Notes: generated by a model from the letters alone, not told the origin. A stretch of DNA of 64,000 nucleotides from Cyanophyceae cyanobacterium (GCA_038321985.1 JBBQFN010000013.1:1-64000), one strand, 5' to 3'. Numbered from the stretch's first letter, positions 43,101-52,373 are shown. Translations and numbers: made by a program.

Positions 43101-43244
43101 TGCCAATGTAGTGATGATATGATTTTAGAGCTAATTGTGGAAATTCCGCCGGAGAATGCTGCTCTTGAAAAGGCACTGACAGAGTTGGCAAATGACTTTC
43201 AATTTGAAACAATTATGGCACTTACTCACCCGGTAAAATTATGA
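37164..43244 (+). CDS. Cytoplasmic hybrid histidine kinase (REC, several GAF and PAS, HisKA, HATPase, REC), 2026 aa
   Basis: N-terminal REC, GAF motifs (LHQCDQPREW), PAS (HPEDRDRV), [34 protein letters not shown]. Confidence 0.95.
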   Translation: MNPSETADTILILDETPEHLLLLTEVLTERGYAVRRALEGAAAIASAIAHPPDLILLDILMAETDGYEVCKRLKSADRTRDIPIIFITPLNDALDKVKAFSLGAVDYITKPFEVEEVIARIENQLRLRSLQRQLEEKNHRLEQEIRDRLTAEKALQDRAEELRIQNTLLTELAKSPSLYQGDLQAAFHELIAAAVNYLDLDRAGVWLYDEDGTRLERLASFEKHIEGVETANLGILAHYLAELQATSMDSLTFVCNPYPVEEDPTNSTPKPFPMGSLGLAPIRQDGQTIGVLENARVTGDRLWTAGEENFIRSLADLAAVTLQAEKRQRADRQRQMTEETLALAFRACPDAVAILSVPDFRYVQVNDSFCEQRGYNRGEIIGKTAQELNFFVNLNDLTQLTIECQNQGNFPNLESQIRTKNGEIKTLLICAESINLNGNSGILAFSKDITERERSRIAIEQQLHRSNLLREITDRIRSKIETQHIFETAATAIGRAFQVCRCLIHSYIPQPVPTVPVIGEYLSPGHPSLKSLSITLADNPYLKRVISRERAIACEDLQAEPFWARRNSIQQSIPIQSILGVGIFYQGKANGIISLHQCDQPREWTREETELLEAIAAQLGIAIAQAQLWDNEKQTRMAFEHQNIQLQREIAERRLAQKALKQSEQKYRALVNTSQDVIWSINSRGCYTFVNPAVEKIYGYTPAQIIGHKFPQFVSLKRREVDRKALRQVLREGKPLLQYETIHQRQDGKEIYVLVNAIPLRDSEGRIKGATGTTVEITERRQQEEALRAMVEGSAASTGTEYFRACVRSLANVLQVKYALLVECTSQSHQMVRSLAFWTGTGWSETIEYPLEGTPCENALKTRQACYYPQAVQQLFPRDLDLKTLNAESYIGIPIQTATGHILGHLAILDVKPMFATAHTESILKLFADRAATEIQRLKSEQALQHSEQRFRAIFNSMFQFIGLLNPDGTVLELNQTALNFIGLEQAQVVGQPLWTLPWWNRSVALQQQLMEATSLASKGEFIRYQVEATGATGVTLALDFSLKPVFNDQSEVILLIPEGRDISDRVSAQVQLQRTTERLKYLLSSSPAIIYSAEVFGSFRTTFISENVETILGYKVRDFLENSNFWADRIHPEDRDRVLEKLPLRLGQGFHSEEYRFLHADGTYRWFDDRIQLVRDQSGNPRECVGYWIDITERKIAQEAFQASQRRYQTLAETSPVCIFHTDAQGHCLYVNQKWSQITGLPLAEATGNGWTSSLHPEDRDRVFEEWNRAAREGVSFKSEYRFWRPDGEITWVIGQAIAETNPDGTIKGYIGTISDISERKLAEDDLLEQSERDRAIFTLFQRMRQTLKLDQIFAATTEDLRQLLESDRVLVYRCPPEPNMTSVWESVGQDWMPLMPSPDPNSPPELSSPWRADAEAALTSWKSTLESRKQGDCGPEPLYPHPSNLPCLVAENIEGADLNPEELQHLHQLQASAYLIAPIFTRTQLWGLLAIYQNSGPRHWKQADLNIAIQIATQLGVALQQAQLLERTQKQAEALQKAALAADTANRAKSEFLANMSHELRTPLNAILGFSQVMTRDRSLNTQQAEQLRIINRAGEHLLDLINDILEMSKIEAGRTSFYETSFDLLELLESLKTMLRPKAKSKGLQLDFEVDPQVPPHIKTDEAKLRQVLINMLGNAIKFTQTGGIYLRVWRGIVDRNPEPEISHSDCLSKLYFEIEDTGPGIATHEMHRLFEPFGQTETGLKSGQGTGLGLPISKKFVELMGGDIHVRSTPGQGTVFSFDVNLRQAEAVEVPKRESRPQAVALAPDQPECRILAVDDVFESRLLLITLFSKLGFSVREAASGREALEIWENWDPHLIWMDMRMPDIDGYQATKYIKSTAKGQDTVVIALTASAFAEDRQLVLAAGCNDFIHKPFRAEELLSKVYEHLGVRYIYDEPLECDFDNTRQGLMEDSPFTLTSQSFQVMPPDWVVRVYAAACQCSDDMILELIVEIPPENAALEKALTELANDFQFETIMALTHPVKL

Positions 43245-44383
43245 ATTCACTCTTACTCAATCCGATTCAAAAAGATATTCTAATTGTTGATGATACCCCG
43301 ATTAACTTAAGAGTTTTAGCAAAAATACTCGGCGATCAGGGATATAAAGTCCGAAAAGCCCTGAATGGGCCCCTTGCTCTGACCGCTTGTCAAAACGTCT
43401 TGCCAGACGTCATTTTGTTAGATATTATGATGCCAGAAATGGATGGTTATGAAGTCTGTCAACGGCTGAAATCTGATGAAAAAACCCAGGATATCCCGAT
43501 TATCTTTATCAGCGCCCTGGAGGATGAATGGGATAAAATTAAAGCGTTTAAAAGTGGCGGGAATGACTATATTAGTAAGCCTTTCCAAATAGAAGAAGTT
43601 CTCGCGCGAGTTCAACATCACCTAACCCTTCAACAACTCAAACACCAACTTCAAGCCCAAAATGTCGAATTACAAAACTTAAAGGCTCAACTCCTGCGGT
43701 CCCATACGGAACTTGAGCAATTCGCTTATGTCGCTTCCCATGATTTACACTCTCCCCTCCAAGCGATTATTAGGAATGCGGATCTACTCACCTGGAAATA
43801 TGAAAACCAACTCCGGGGGGATGGCGATCGCCATTTTACCGAAATTATCGAGGCTACAGGTCGCATGACCAAACTGATTCAAGACCTACTTTCTTCCTCT
43901 AAAATTGGCCTACTTTCTTCTAATTTTGAATCAATAGATTCTAATTTTCTGGTAGAAGAAGCTATTGCTAATTTGAGTGCAGATATTTCTAGAATAGGGG
44001 CAGTAATTACCCATTCATCCCTGCCTACAGTGAGTGGAAATGAGCAACAATTAATCCAGCTTTTTCAAAATTTGATTGCCAACGCTATCAAGTTTAAAAT
44101 TCCCGATGTTGCTCCAATTATCGAAATTTCCTGTAATCTAAACAATTCTGAAGAATGGCAGTTTGAAATCCGAGATAACGGGATTGGTATTGAATCCGAA
44201 CAGGGCGATCGCATTTTTGACCCCTTTTATCGCCTACATTCCTCTGATGACTATCCGGGGACCGGCATGGGCTTAACGCAATGCAAAAAAATTGTCGAAC
44301 GTCACGGGGGAAAACTCTGGTTTACTTCCCTCAAAGGGAATGGGACCTCATTTCATTTTACTCTACCTCCGCTAAAATCGTGA
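43241..44383 (+). CDS. Response regulator-histidine kinase (REC-HisKA-HATPase)
   Basis: ILIVDD, FAYVASHDL, NLIANAIKF, DNGIGI, GTGMGL; 4-bp overlap with the upstream gene. Confidence 0.93.
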   Translation: MNSLLLNPIQKDILIVDDTPINLRVLAKILGDQGYKVRKALNGPLALTACQNVLPDVILLDIMMPEMDGYEVCQRLKSDEKTQDIPIIFISALEDEWDKIKAFKSGGNDYISKPFQIEEVLARVQHHLTLQQLKHQLQAQNVELQNLKAQLLRSHTELEQFAYVASHDLHSPLQAIIRNADLLTWKYENQLRGDGDRHFTEIIEATGRMTKLIQDLLSSSKIGLLSSNFESIDSNFLVEEAIANLSADISRIGAVITHSSLPTVSGNEQQLIQLFQNLIANAIKFKIPDVAPIIEISCNLNNSEEWQFEIRDNGIGIESEQGDRIFDPFYRLHSSDDYPGTGMGLTQCKKIVERHGGKLWFTSLKGNGTSFHFTLPPLKS

Positions 44384-44651
44384 ATCCTCCCAGGCGATCG
44401 CCCTCTCTGATTCCTGGAACAGTTCTCATTGATTTTTACCTTTCCCCCTTAAACTTATACCCTCTAACCCTTAAGGAAGGATAAGTTTTTAGTTCCGTCC
44501 TCTGGGTGGCTTAATCTCTGTAAAATAGGGAGAAAAAAAGAAGTATTCAGCCGGTATGAAGCAAAAAACAATAATTATAGGTGTTTTATCCCCGGACAAA
44601 TCTCGCCAAAGTGTACTGAATTCAACAGGTTTCAAGAAACCTGCATCCGAT

Positions 44652-44682
44652 GTTAATCTTGCCCCTGAGGGGCAAGATTAAC
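44652..44682. repeat. 31-bp perfect palindrome upstream of the GGDEF gene
   Basis: GTTAATCTTGCCCCT-G-AGGGGCAAGATTAAC. Confidence 0.85.
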
Positions 44683-44704
44683 CCATACCCGGGCTGCAAA
44701 AATT

Positions 44705-45811
44705 ATGAATGACCCATTAACTCCTCCCTGTAAAGGAAACATTCTGTTAGTAGATGACACTCCGGATAATTTGCGCGTTTTATCCTCCATTTTGACCAAA
44801 CATGGCTATTATCTCCGTAAAGCCTTGAATGGAGAAATGGCTATCACGGCTGCCAATGCCTTAATCCCTGATTTAATTCTCCTGGATATTAATATGCCCT
44901 CTATGAATGGGTATGAAGTCTGTTCAGCTTTAAAATCTTCAGAAAAAACCCGATCTATTCCTATTATTTTTATCAGTATTTTAGACGATGTTTTGGATAA
45001 AGTAAAAGCCTTTCAAGTGGGCGGAGTCGATTATATTACTAAACCCTTTCAATTAGAGGAAGTTATCGCCCGTATCGAAAATCAACTCAGCATTCAGCGG
45101 TTGCAACACCAACTTTACGAACAAAACTGCCTCCTGGAAAAACAAAATGCCTTACTTCTACGGGAGATTGAAAACCACCGAAAAGCTGAAGAATCTTTAC
45201 AAAAAGCAAACCAAAAATTACACCAACTAGCCTGGATTGACGGATTAACACAAGTTTCAAACCGTCGGCAATTTGATGAACATTTACAACAACAATGGGA
45301 CCGTTTACTCCGAGAACATCATCCTTTATCCTTAATTTTATGCGATATCGACTATTTCAAATCTTATAACGATACTTATGGTCATCCCGCCGGAGATGAA
45401 TGTTTAAAGCAGGTTGCCCAAGCTATTTGTCATGCCGTTAAACCGCCTGTGAATTTAGTCGCCCGTTATGGAGGAGAAGAATTTGCCGCTATTCTTCCTC
45501 ATACCAGCAACAAGGGAGCCTTGTCAGTTGCCCGGACTATTCAGCGGCAAATACAACAGCTTCAAATCGAACATTCTGCGTCGGATATCTGCAAATTTAT
45601 TACAATTAGTTTAGGAATTTGTACGGTGATTCCTAGCTTAGAAACGGCCCTAGACTTTCTAATTTTGAGTGCAGATAAAGCCCTTTATCACGCCAAACAA
45701 ACCGGCAGAAATTGCTATTGTTCTTACTTGCCTCACACCGAGGGGGAATCCTTCCAATGTGAATATAGTATTAAAGGTAAGGCATTTAAAAAAAGTAAGC
45801 CTAGGCTGTAA
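44705..45811 (+). CDS. Response-regulator diguanylate cyclase (REC-GGDEF)
   Basis: REC, DGLT..NRR, DIDYFKSYND.YGH..GD, ARYGGEEF. Confidence 0.95.
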   Translation: MNDPLTPPCKGNILLVDDTPDNLRVLSSILTKHGYYLRKALNGEMAITAANALIPDLILLDINMPSMNGYEVCSALKSSEKTRSIPIIFISILDDVLDKVKAFQVGGVDYITKPFQLEEVIARIENQLSIQRLQHQLYEQNCLLEKQNALLLREIENHRKAEESLQKANQKLHQLAWIDGLTQVSNRRQFDEHLQQQWDRLLREHHPLSLILCDIDYFKSYNDTYGHPAGDECLKQVAQAICHAVKPPVNLVARYGGEEFAAILPHTSNKGALSVARTIQRQIQQLQIEHSASDICKFITISLGICTVIPSLETALDFLILSADKALYHAKQTGRNCYCSYLPHTEGESFQCEYSIKGKAFKKSKPRL

Positions 45812-46150
45812 AAATTGGAGTTTTAGCATTTCTGTGGGGTAAAATTTAGAGGAGAATATTTAATGATTGTAAGTTTTTTAAGTCTGTTAAAACTAATTTT
45901 AAATAACAGGTTTAAGTTCAAACTTAATAGGATAAAAAGCCCTACTTATTCCCGTAGTGGCAACTCATTTCCCTTCGATAATCTAGGTTTTTTAAGTTTT
46001 TATAAATTGCTGGAATAATTAAAACTTGGTCTACACCGAAACTTAGTTGTTTTTTATTTGGAAAATAAGTAATGATTTTTATAAAAATGTGATACAATTA
46101 AGAAATTTACTAAGTTCAATTTTTTAGAGGAATCAAGGACTTATAAACCA

Positions 46151-47485
46151 ATGAATCAAAATAAAATAAGTGTCGAAACCGCCGATATTCTTATTGTTGA
46201 CGATACCCCGGCTAATCTCCGGCTTTTGTCCATAATCCTCACTACAGAGGGCTACAATGTGCGTAAAGCTATCTCCCCTCATCTAGCAATAAAGGCTGTA
46301 GAACTAAATTTACCAGACTTAATTGTACTAGATATCAATATGCCTGAGATGAATGGATATGAAGTCTGTGAACAGCTTAAGGCAAATCAGAGAACCCGAG
46401 GAATTCCCATCATTTTTATTAGTGCGCTGGATGATGCTTTTGATAAAATAAAAGCTTTTGAAGTGGGGGGGGCTGATTATATTACTAAACCCTTTCAAGA
46501 AGCTGAAGTTCTAGTCCGCGTCGAACATCAATTAAAGTTGAGATCGCTCCAAATACAACTTTTAAATAAAAATCAAGTTCTAGAAAATGCTTTAACTGAC
46601 CTTAAAAAAGTACAAAATCAATTGATTCAAAATGAAAAAATGGTTAGTTTGGGTCAACTTGTGGCGGGAGTATGTCATGAGATAAATAATCCTGTTAATT
46701 TCATTTCGGGAAATATTTCTTATGTTAAAAAGTATAGTGAAAATTTGTTAAAATTACTTTCTTTATATCGTCAGTCATTAAAACCTATTTCAGAAGAGAT
46801 TCAAGAATTTGAAGAAGAATTTGAGATTGAATTTCTAGTAGAAGATTTTCCCAAATTGGTCGTATCAATGCAAGGGGGAACCGACCGGATCCGAACCATT
46901 GTAGAAGCGCTCCGCAATTTCTCTAGACTGGATGAAGCGGAACTCAAAACGGTAGACCTCTATGAAGGATTAGACAGCACTTTAATGATGTTGGCACATC
47001 GCCTAGAAAAGAAGGGAGATCGCCCAGGGATTACGGTCATCAAAAACTATACTCAACTGCCCTTAGTCCGTTGCTATGCCGCCCAAATTAATCAGGTATT
47101 TATGAATTTGCTCAGTAATGCGATCGATGCCGTGGGGTCAGGCGATCGCCGCCCCCTCCAAAACTCGGATCAGCCGCGACTGCCCCAGGAAAAATCTTTT
47201 CTCCCCACCATCTGGATTAACACCGCACGCCCTACAGAAAATACCGTGACTATCTCCATCGCCGATAATGGCCCAGGAATGACCCCAGAATTTCAACAGC
47301 AAGTTTTCGACCCATTTTTTACGACCAAAGAAGTTGGATATGGCACGGGTTTAGGATTGTCAATTTCTTACCAAATTGTAGTAGAAGGACATCAAGGCAC
47401 CCTTGATTGCGAAAGTTTGCCCGGAACTGGAACAACTTTTACCCTCGGACTGCCGATTCAATTTCATCAAGACACTCCAAAATAG
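46151..47485 (+). CDS. Response regulator-histidine kinase (REC + NtrB-like HK)
   Basis: [51 protein letters not shown]. Confidence 0.93.
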   Translation: MNQNKISVETADILIVDDTPANLRLLSIILTTEGYNVRKAISPHLAIKAVELNLPDLIVLDINMPEMNGYEVCEQLKANQRTRGIPIIFISALDDAFDKIKAFEVGGADYITKPFQEAEVLVRVEHQLKLRSLQIQLLNKNQVLENALTDLKKVQNQLIQNEKMVSLGQLVAGVCHEINNPVNFISGNISYVKKYSENLLKLLSLYRQSLKPISEEIQEFEEEFEIEFLVEDFPKLVVSMQGGTDRIRTIVEALRNFSRLDEAELKTVDLYEGLDSTLMMLAHRLEKKGDRPGITVIKNYTQLPLVRCYAAQINQVFMNLLSNAIDAVGSGDRRPLQNSDQPRLPQEKSFLPTIWINTARPTENTVTISIADNGPGMTPEFQQQVFDPFFTTKEVGYGTGLGLSISYQIVVEGHQGTLDCESLPGTGTTFTLGLPIQFHQDTPK

Positions 47486-47656
47486 TGGGGACTTTCCCCC
47501 TTCCTCCAAATTGTCGGCGTGAGTTACAGAAACATCAGCCCATAAAATCTTGAGCCTAAAATTCCACCCTACGGAAAATTTTTTTAGTTTCATTCCAGCC
47601 AAATCAGCGTACAATATATACTGGAAGCAGTTCCCAGAAGGGATTGGGTAACCATC

Positions 47657-48763
47657 ATGCAAGTTTTATTTAAAATCGTTCGACAAAGCCAAAATAGTGG
47701 CCCTCGCATCCAGACCTATCAACTCGATGTAGAACCGGGGAATACCATCCTTGATTGTCTCAATCGGATTAAATGGGAGCAAGACGGAACCCTCGCCTTT
47801 CGTAAAAATTGTCGTAACACCATTTGCGGCAGTTGCTCAATGAGAATTAATGGCCGTTCCGCCCTTGCCTGTAAGGAGAATATTGGCGCTGAAGTGGACC
47901 GACTGAACCACATCTCGGAACTTAGCACAGAAAGCGACTCCGCCACCCTGGATCGGACACAAACTCAAGACTCGGCGCTCAATGCGTTACCCGGTGCGCC
48001 ACCGAGGGCAGCCACCCCAGGGTCCCTGCCAGAAATTACCATTGCGCCAATGGGTAATATGCCCGTGATCAAGGATCTGGTGGTAGATATGAAAAGTTTC
48101 TGGAACAATCTCGAAGCTGTTGATCCCTATGTGAGTACCGGCGCACGGAAAATCCCCGAACGAGAATTTCTCCAAACTCCAGAAGAGCGATCGCGCCTCG
48201 AAGAAAGCGGCAATTGCATCCTCTGCGGGGCCTGCTATTCCGAGTGTAATGCCGTGGAAGTTAACCCGAAATTTGTCGGTCCCCACGCCCTCGCCAAAGC
48301 CTATCGCATGGTGGAAGACGACCGCGATGCCCAAACAGAATCCCGCTTAGAAAAATACAGTCAAGGCACTTCGGGGGTGTGGGGTTGTACCCGCTGCTTT
48401 TACTGTAATTCCGTTTGTCCGATGGGAGTCGAACCTATGGATAAAATCGGTAAAATTAAGGACGAAATACTCGATCGCAATGATGATCAAGCCAGCCGTC
48501 CTATCCGTCATCGCAAAGTTTTGATCGATCTCGTCAAAAAAGGCGGCTGGATAGATGAACGCAAATTTGCCGTGATGGTCGTGGGTAATTTCTTCCGAGA
48601 TATCAAAGGATTATTAAGCCTTGCCCCCGTCGGAATCCAATCTATCAAACGCGGCAAATTTCCCCTAAAATTTGAACCCTCCCAAGGCACCGACGAAGTG
48701 CGATCGCTGATAGAATCGGTTCAAGAACTCGAATCCAAATCCTTAAAAACTCCTAAAGAATAA
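47657..48763 (+). CDS. sdhB: Succinate dehydrogenase/fumarate reductase iron-sulfur subunit
   Basis: CRNTICGSC (2Fe-2S), CILCGACYSEC, CTRCFYCNSVCP. Confidence 0.93.
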   Translation: MQVLFKIVRQSQNSGPRIQTYQLDVEPGNTILDCLNRIKWEQDGTLAFRKNCRNTICGSCSMRINGRSALACKENIGAEVDRLNHISELSTESDSATLDRTQTQDSALNALPGAPPRAATPGSLPEITIAPMGNMPVIKDLVVDMKSFWNNLEAVDPYVSTGARKIPEREFLQTPEERSRLEESGNCILCGACYSECNAVEVNPKFVGPHALAKAYRMVEDDRDAQTESRLEKYSQGTSGVWGCTRCFYCNSVCPMGVEPMDKIGKIKDEILDRNDDQASRPIRHRKVLIDLVKKGGWIDERKFAVMVVGNFFRDIKGLLSLAPVGIQSIKRGKFPLKFEPSQGTDEVRSLIESVQELESKSLKTPKE

Positions 48764-48768
48764 CCCCT

Positions 48769-48960
48769 ATGACTGATGAAAAAAACACCCCAACCCCACC
48801 CCCAGTTGAGGACTTGCCCACCGAACCCGAACCTGCTTTTGGCTGGACTGCATATGCCGAACGCATCAATGGTCGAGTTGCCATGATTGCTTTTGTCTCC
48901 TTGCTCTTACTAGAATTCTTCACCCATCAAGACCTCTTGACCTGGTTAGGATTGCGATAA
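48769..48960 (+). CDS. hli: High-light-inducible protein (Hlip/SCP)
   Basis: FGWTAYAERINGRVAMIAF chlorophyll-binding motif and a single TM helix. Confidence 0.92.
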   Translation: MTDEKNTPTPPPVEDLPTEPEPAFGWTAYAERINGRVAMIAFVSLLLLEFFTHQDLLTWLGLR

Positions 48961-49073
48961 TTTAACCCGGGGTGAAGGCACAAGTTTAGCGTCTTGACTT
49001 CAGTCGTTATCCCCAGGCCCGGGCGGGAGTTTAACCCCCCGTCCGTGCCGGTTATGGCTAGGTACTCAAATTT

Positions 49074-50168
49074 ATGAAAATTCAGATTGAAACTTTTACA
49101 GTACATAAACGGTTTGCCCTCACAATTAGTCGCGGAACCACAGCTCAAACCACTAATATTTGGGTAAAAATTGAATCGGAAGGCATCACCGGATGGGGGG
49201 AAGCCTCGCCTTTTTCGGCAGGGGGTACACCCCAAACCACCCCGGAAATTCTAGCCGCATTGCAGGAAGTGACACCGCAACTCGAAAGGTTCAGTCCCCT
49301 CGATCGCCAGGAAATTGAAGCGTTCTTGACCCCTCTCACAAAACAGGGTAAATTCCCGTCGGCTGCCCAAGCCGGATTAGATGTCGCCTTACATGATTGG
49401 TTAGGCAAAAAAGTCGGACTCCCCCTGTGGCAATTGTGGGGACTCGACTGCGCTCAAATTGTACCCACATCGCTCACTATTGGTATCAGTAGTCCAGAGG
49501 CGGCCCGAACCCGCGTTCGACATTGGTTTAATTTAGACTCAGACCCTGCCGAAACCGGGGCAGTCCCCTCAAACCAAGGCTGTGCCATTAAGGTAAAATT
49601 AGGAAGTCCCGCAGGAGTTAGCGCCGATCGCGCCATGTTCTTAGCAGTACAAGGGGAAGCCCCCGCCGGTTCAGCCTTTAGCGTCGATGCCAATGGCGGA
49701 TGGACCCTAGAGGAGGCAGTCGGCATGAGTCACTGGTTGAACAGTCGAGGGGTCAAGTATTTAGAACAACCCTTGCCCGTATCAGCCCTCGATGAACTGC
49801 GGCATCTATACCAGGAATCCCCCTTGCCGATTTTCGTGGATGAAAGCTGCTTTACCTGTGCCGATATTATCCCCTTAGCCGATCGGGTACATGGAATTAA
49901 TATTAAACTAATGAAATGTGGGGGATTAACGGAAGCCATGCGGATGATTCACACCGCCAATGCCTGCGGATTGCAGGTGATGTTTGGGTGTTATTCCGAT
50001 AGTGCTCTGGCAAATACCGCCCTATCTCACCTTTCACCTTTAGCGGACTATCTGGATTTAGACAGTCATCTGAATTTAATGGACGATCCGTTTACGGGGG
50101 CGACTGTCCGCAGAGGACGTCTGCTGCCCAACGATCTATCGGGTTTAGGAGTAGAACGTCGTGCGTAG
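49074..50168 (+). CDS. Enolase-superfamily dipeptide epimerase (L-Ala-D/L-Glu epimerase or DgcA-like)
   Basis: ISRG, GWGEA, KVKLG, VDAN, EQP, DES, NIKLMKCGG, DLD. Confidence 0.9.
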   Translation: MKIQIETFTVHKRFALTISRGTTAQTTNIWVKIESEGITGWGEASPFSAGGTPQTTPEILAALQEVTPQLERFSPLDRQEIEAFLTPLTKQGKFPSAAQAGLDVALHDWLGKKVGLPLWQLWGLDCAQIVPTSLTIGISSPEAARTRVRHWFNLDSDPAETGAVPSNQGCAIKVKLGSPAGVSADRAMFLAVQGEAPAGSAFSVDANGGWTLEEAVGMSHWLNSRGVKYLEQPLPVSALDELRHLYQESPLPIFVDESCFTCADIIPLADRVHGINIKLMKCGGLTEAMRMIHTANACGLQVMFGCYSDSALANTALSHLSPLADYLDLDSHLNLMDDPFTGATVRRGRLLPNDLSGLGVERRA

Positions 50169-51210
50169 TATAACAGCTAATCATCGAGTCGCAATTCTTC
50201 AACATCAAGGCATTTTCGGCCCGACTGGGAAAACCGGATTAACGTTGTTGCGATACAGCCAAGCAAATATAGTGGCCGTCATCGATCGCGAATCCGCAGG
50301 GCGATCGCTAATTGAACTCACCGGTATTCCCCGGGATGTACCCATTGTCGCGTCGGTAGATGCCGCCTTAGAGATGAATCCGGATGTCTTGGCCGTCGGA
50401 ATTGCACCCCCAGGCGGTGCATTACCTCCAGAGTGGTTTGATGAAATCCGTAATGCGATCGCCGCTGGATTATCGATTGTGAATGGGTTGCATACCCCCT
50501 TAGACAATCATCCCGAACTCCCGTTTCCTTTACGGGAGGGACAGTGGATTTGGGATGTGAGGCAAGAACCCCCTGGACTCAAAATTGGCAGTGCTCAAGC
50601 GGCTAAACTGGCTTGTCGCCGGGTGTTGACCGTAGGGACAGATATGGCGATCGGAAAAATGTCTACCTGTTTAGAAATCCATCACCTCGCTAAACAGCGC
50701 GGGTTACGATCGCACTTTGTAGCCACGGGTCAAGCAGGGTTGATGATTGCGGGTACAGGGGTAGCCCTGGATGCGGTGCGCGTAGACTTTGCTGCCGGTG
50801 CCGTGGAACAAGCCGTTATGCAATCTGCAACGGATTGCGATTTGATGTTGGTGGAGGGACAAGGTTCCCTATTCCATCCCGGTTCCACCGCCACTTTACC
50901 CTTGTTACGGGGCAGTCAACCGACTCACTTAGTTCTGGTTCATCGGGTTGGACAAACTCACATTAAAAATCATCCTCATGTGCCGATTCCCGCATTATCT
51001 GAGGCGATCGCCCTGTATGAAAGGGTTGCTAGTGCCGCAGGGGCTTTGACTCCATCCCGAGTGGTAGCAGTCGCCCTCAATTCTCGGGACGTAGATGAAG
51101 CCGCCTCTCGGGATGCGATTGGGCAAATTGAAGCTGAAACCGGACTCCCTTGCACGGATCCCGTGCGTTTCGGCCCCCAGAAGTTGCTGGATGCTATTTT
51201 AGCCTCTTAA
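50161..51210 (+). CDS. DUF1611 family protein (DgcN-like N-acetyltransferase)
   Basis: GKTG, NGLH, TVGTD..GKM, ATGQAG, EGQGSL.HP; overlaps the epimerase stop. Confidence 0.88.
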   Translation: MRSITANHRVAILQHQGIFGPTGKTGLTLLRYSQANIVAVIDRESAGRSLIELTGIPRDVPIVASVDAALEMNPDVLAVGIAPPGGALPPEWFDEIRNAIAAGLSIVNGLHTPLDNHPELPFPLREGQWIWDVRQEPPGLKIGSAQAAKLACRRVLTVGTDMAIGKMSTCLEIHHLAKQRGLRSHFVATGQAGLMIAGTGVALDAVRVDFAAGAVEQAVMQSATDCDLMLVEGQGSLFHPGSTATLPLLRGSQPTHLVLVHRVGQTHIKNHPHVPIPALSEAIALYERVASAAGALTPSRVVAVALNSRDVDEAASRDAIGQIEAETGLPCTDPVRFGPQKLLDAILAS

Positions 51211-51914
51211 TTCTCGGAAAAATCTCCCTTGGCGACCCCTGTTGTCCCGTCAGATTCCTGGCGTTAAAAACCCGATAGAGAGGGGGTGTAAATCTATCTT
51301 GCGAGGGATTTACACCGTTTACCCCGGGGATAAACTATTGCGAATTACGACTCCCTAGGGCGATCGCTCCTCTGTACCCCCCTCAGGACTGCAAAAAAAT
51401 CATTCAGAAGGAGAGGGGAGAAAATTTATCGAGAAATTAGGACACAGGTTTAATCCTGTAAAGATAGATACGATCGCCTAAAAATTCAACTTCAGCCTAG
51501 GGATATATTGAGAAGAACTCATAAACCCAACCAGAGAAAGATTTCAGCCGATTTGTTCGTGGGTTATATTTTGACTAGCCCTGGGAATACGCTTTCTTTT
51601 AAGGAAATCTTGATCGGGTTTTTCGTTCGGATTAAGACCCTCCAAAATTCCCCTAAATATCTCTAAGGGTCACAGTTCCCGGAAAGGGTTACCCCCTCGC
51701 GGGAAACTAGGGCCAGAAAAGGGGAGTTCGTGGAGAAATTGAGGGGCGATGGAAAATCCAACTACCCTCCCCGAATTTAGTCGAATGGACTAAATTTTTC
51801 CAAAGCAATCCAGGGAAATCGATAAATCCAAGTTGGCTTTTAGAAAAATTTTTTTTAAAGGTTTCAAGACCGCTATATTGGCGAAATAATCTTAAACATA
51901 CCGAGTTAAAAAAG

Positions 51915-52313
51915 ATGAATGAACTTCACAATTTTTTAAAACCTACCACTCCCGCCACCCTCTCGGGCGTAGGTTCCATCGACTTAAACTCTTCCCAGCA
52001 TACGGAGAGTCCGGCCTATCAGTCCCCGCTGAGGTCCGAACAAAACCTTTCTACCAGCGACCTTCTTTTAGTGCCGATCTCCTTTGCTGCCATCGTGTGG
52101 GTAGTGCTGTTTATTATGCACTTTAATTTTTGGAAATCAGTACGAAATCGCCTCGGTCATCTACCCTCCGTGAGTCAATTACCCTGCACCAATTGTAAAT
52201 ACTTTAAAAATAATCCTTATCTGAAATGTGCCGTCCAACCGGATAGAGTCCTGCGTACAGAAGCTACGGAATGTCCCGATTACTGTGGCAATGATGAAGT
52301 TATGACTCATTAA
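51915..52313 (+). CDS. Small membrane protein with a Cys-rich C-terminus
   Basis: One TM helix followed by PCTNCKYF..YLKCAVQP...ECPDY. Confidence 0.8.
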   Translation: MNELHNFLKPTTPATLSGVGSIDLNSSQHTESPAYQSPLRSEQNLSTSDLLLVPISFAAIVWVVLFIMHFNFWKSVRNRLGHLPSVSQLPCTNCKYFKNNPYLKCAVQPDRVLRTEATECPDYCGNDEVMTH

Positions 52314-52373
52314 AAAAAATCAGGAAAAATTCAAAATTTTTCACCCTTAATTTTGTCGCTTTCTAGGTTCTTT

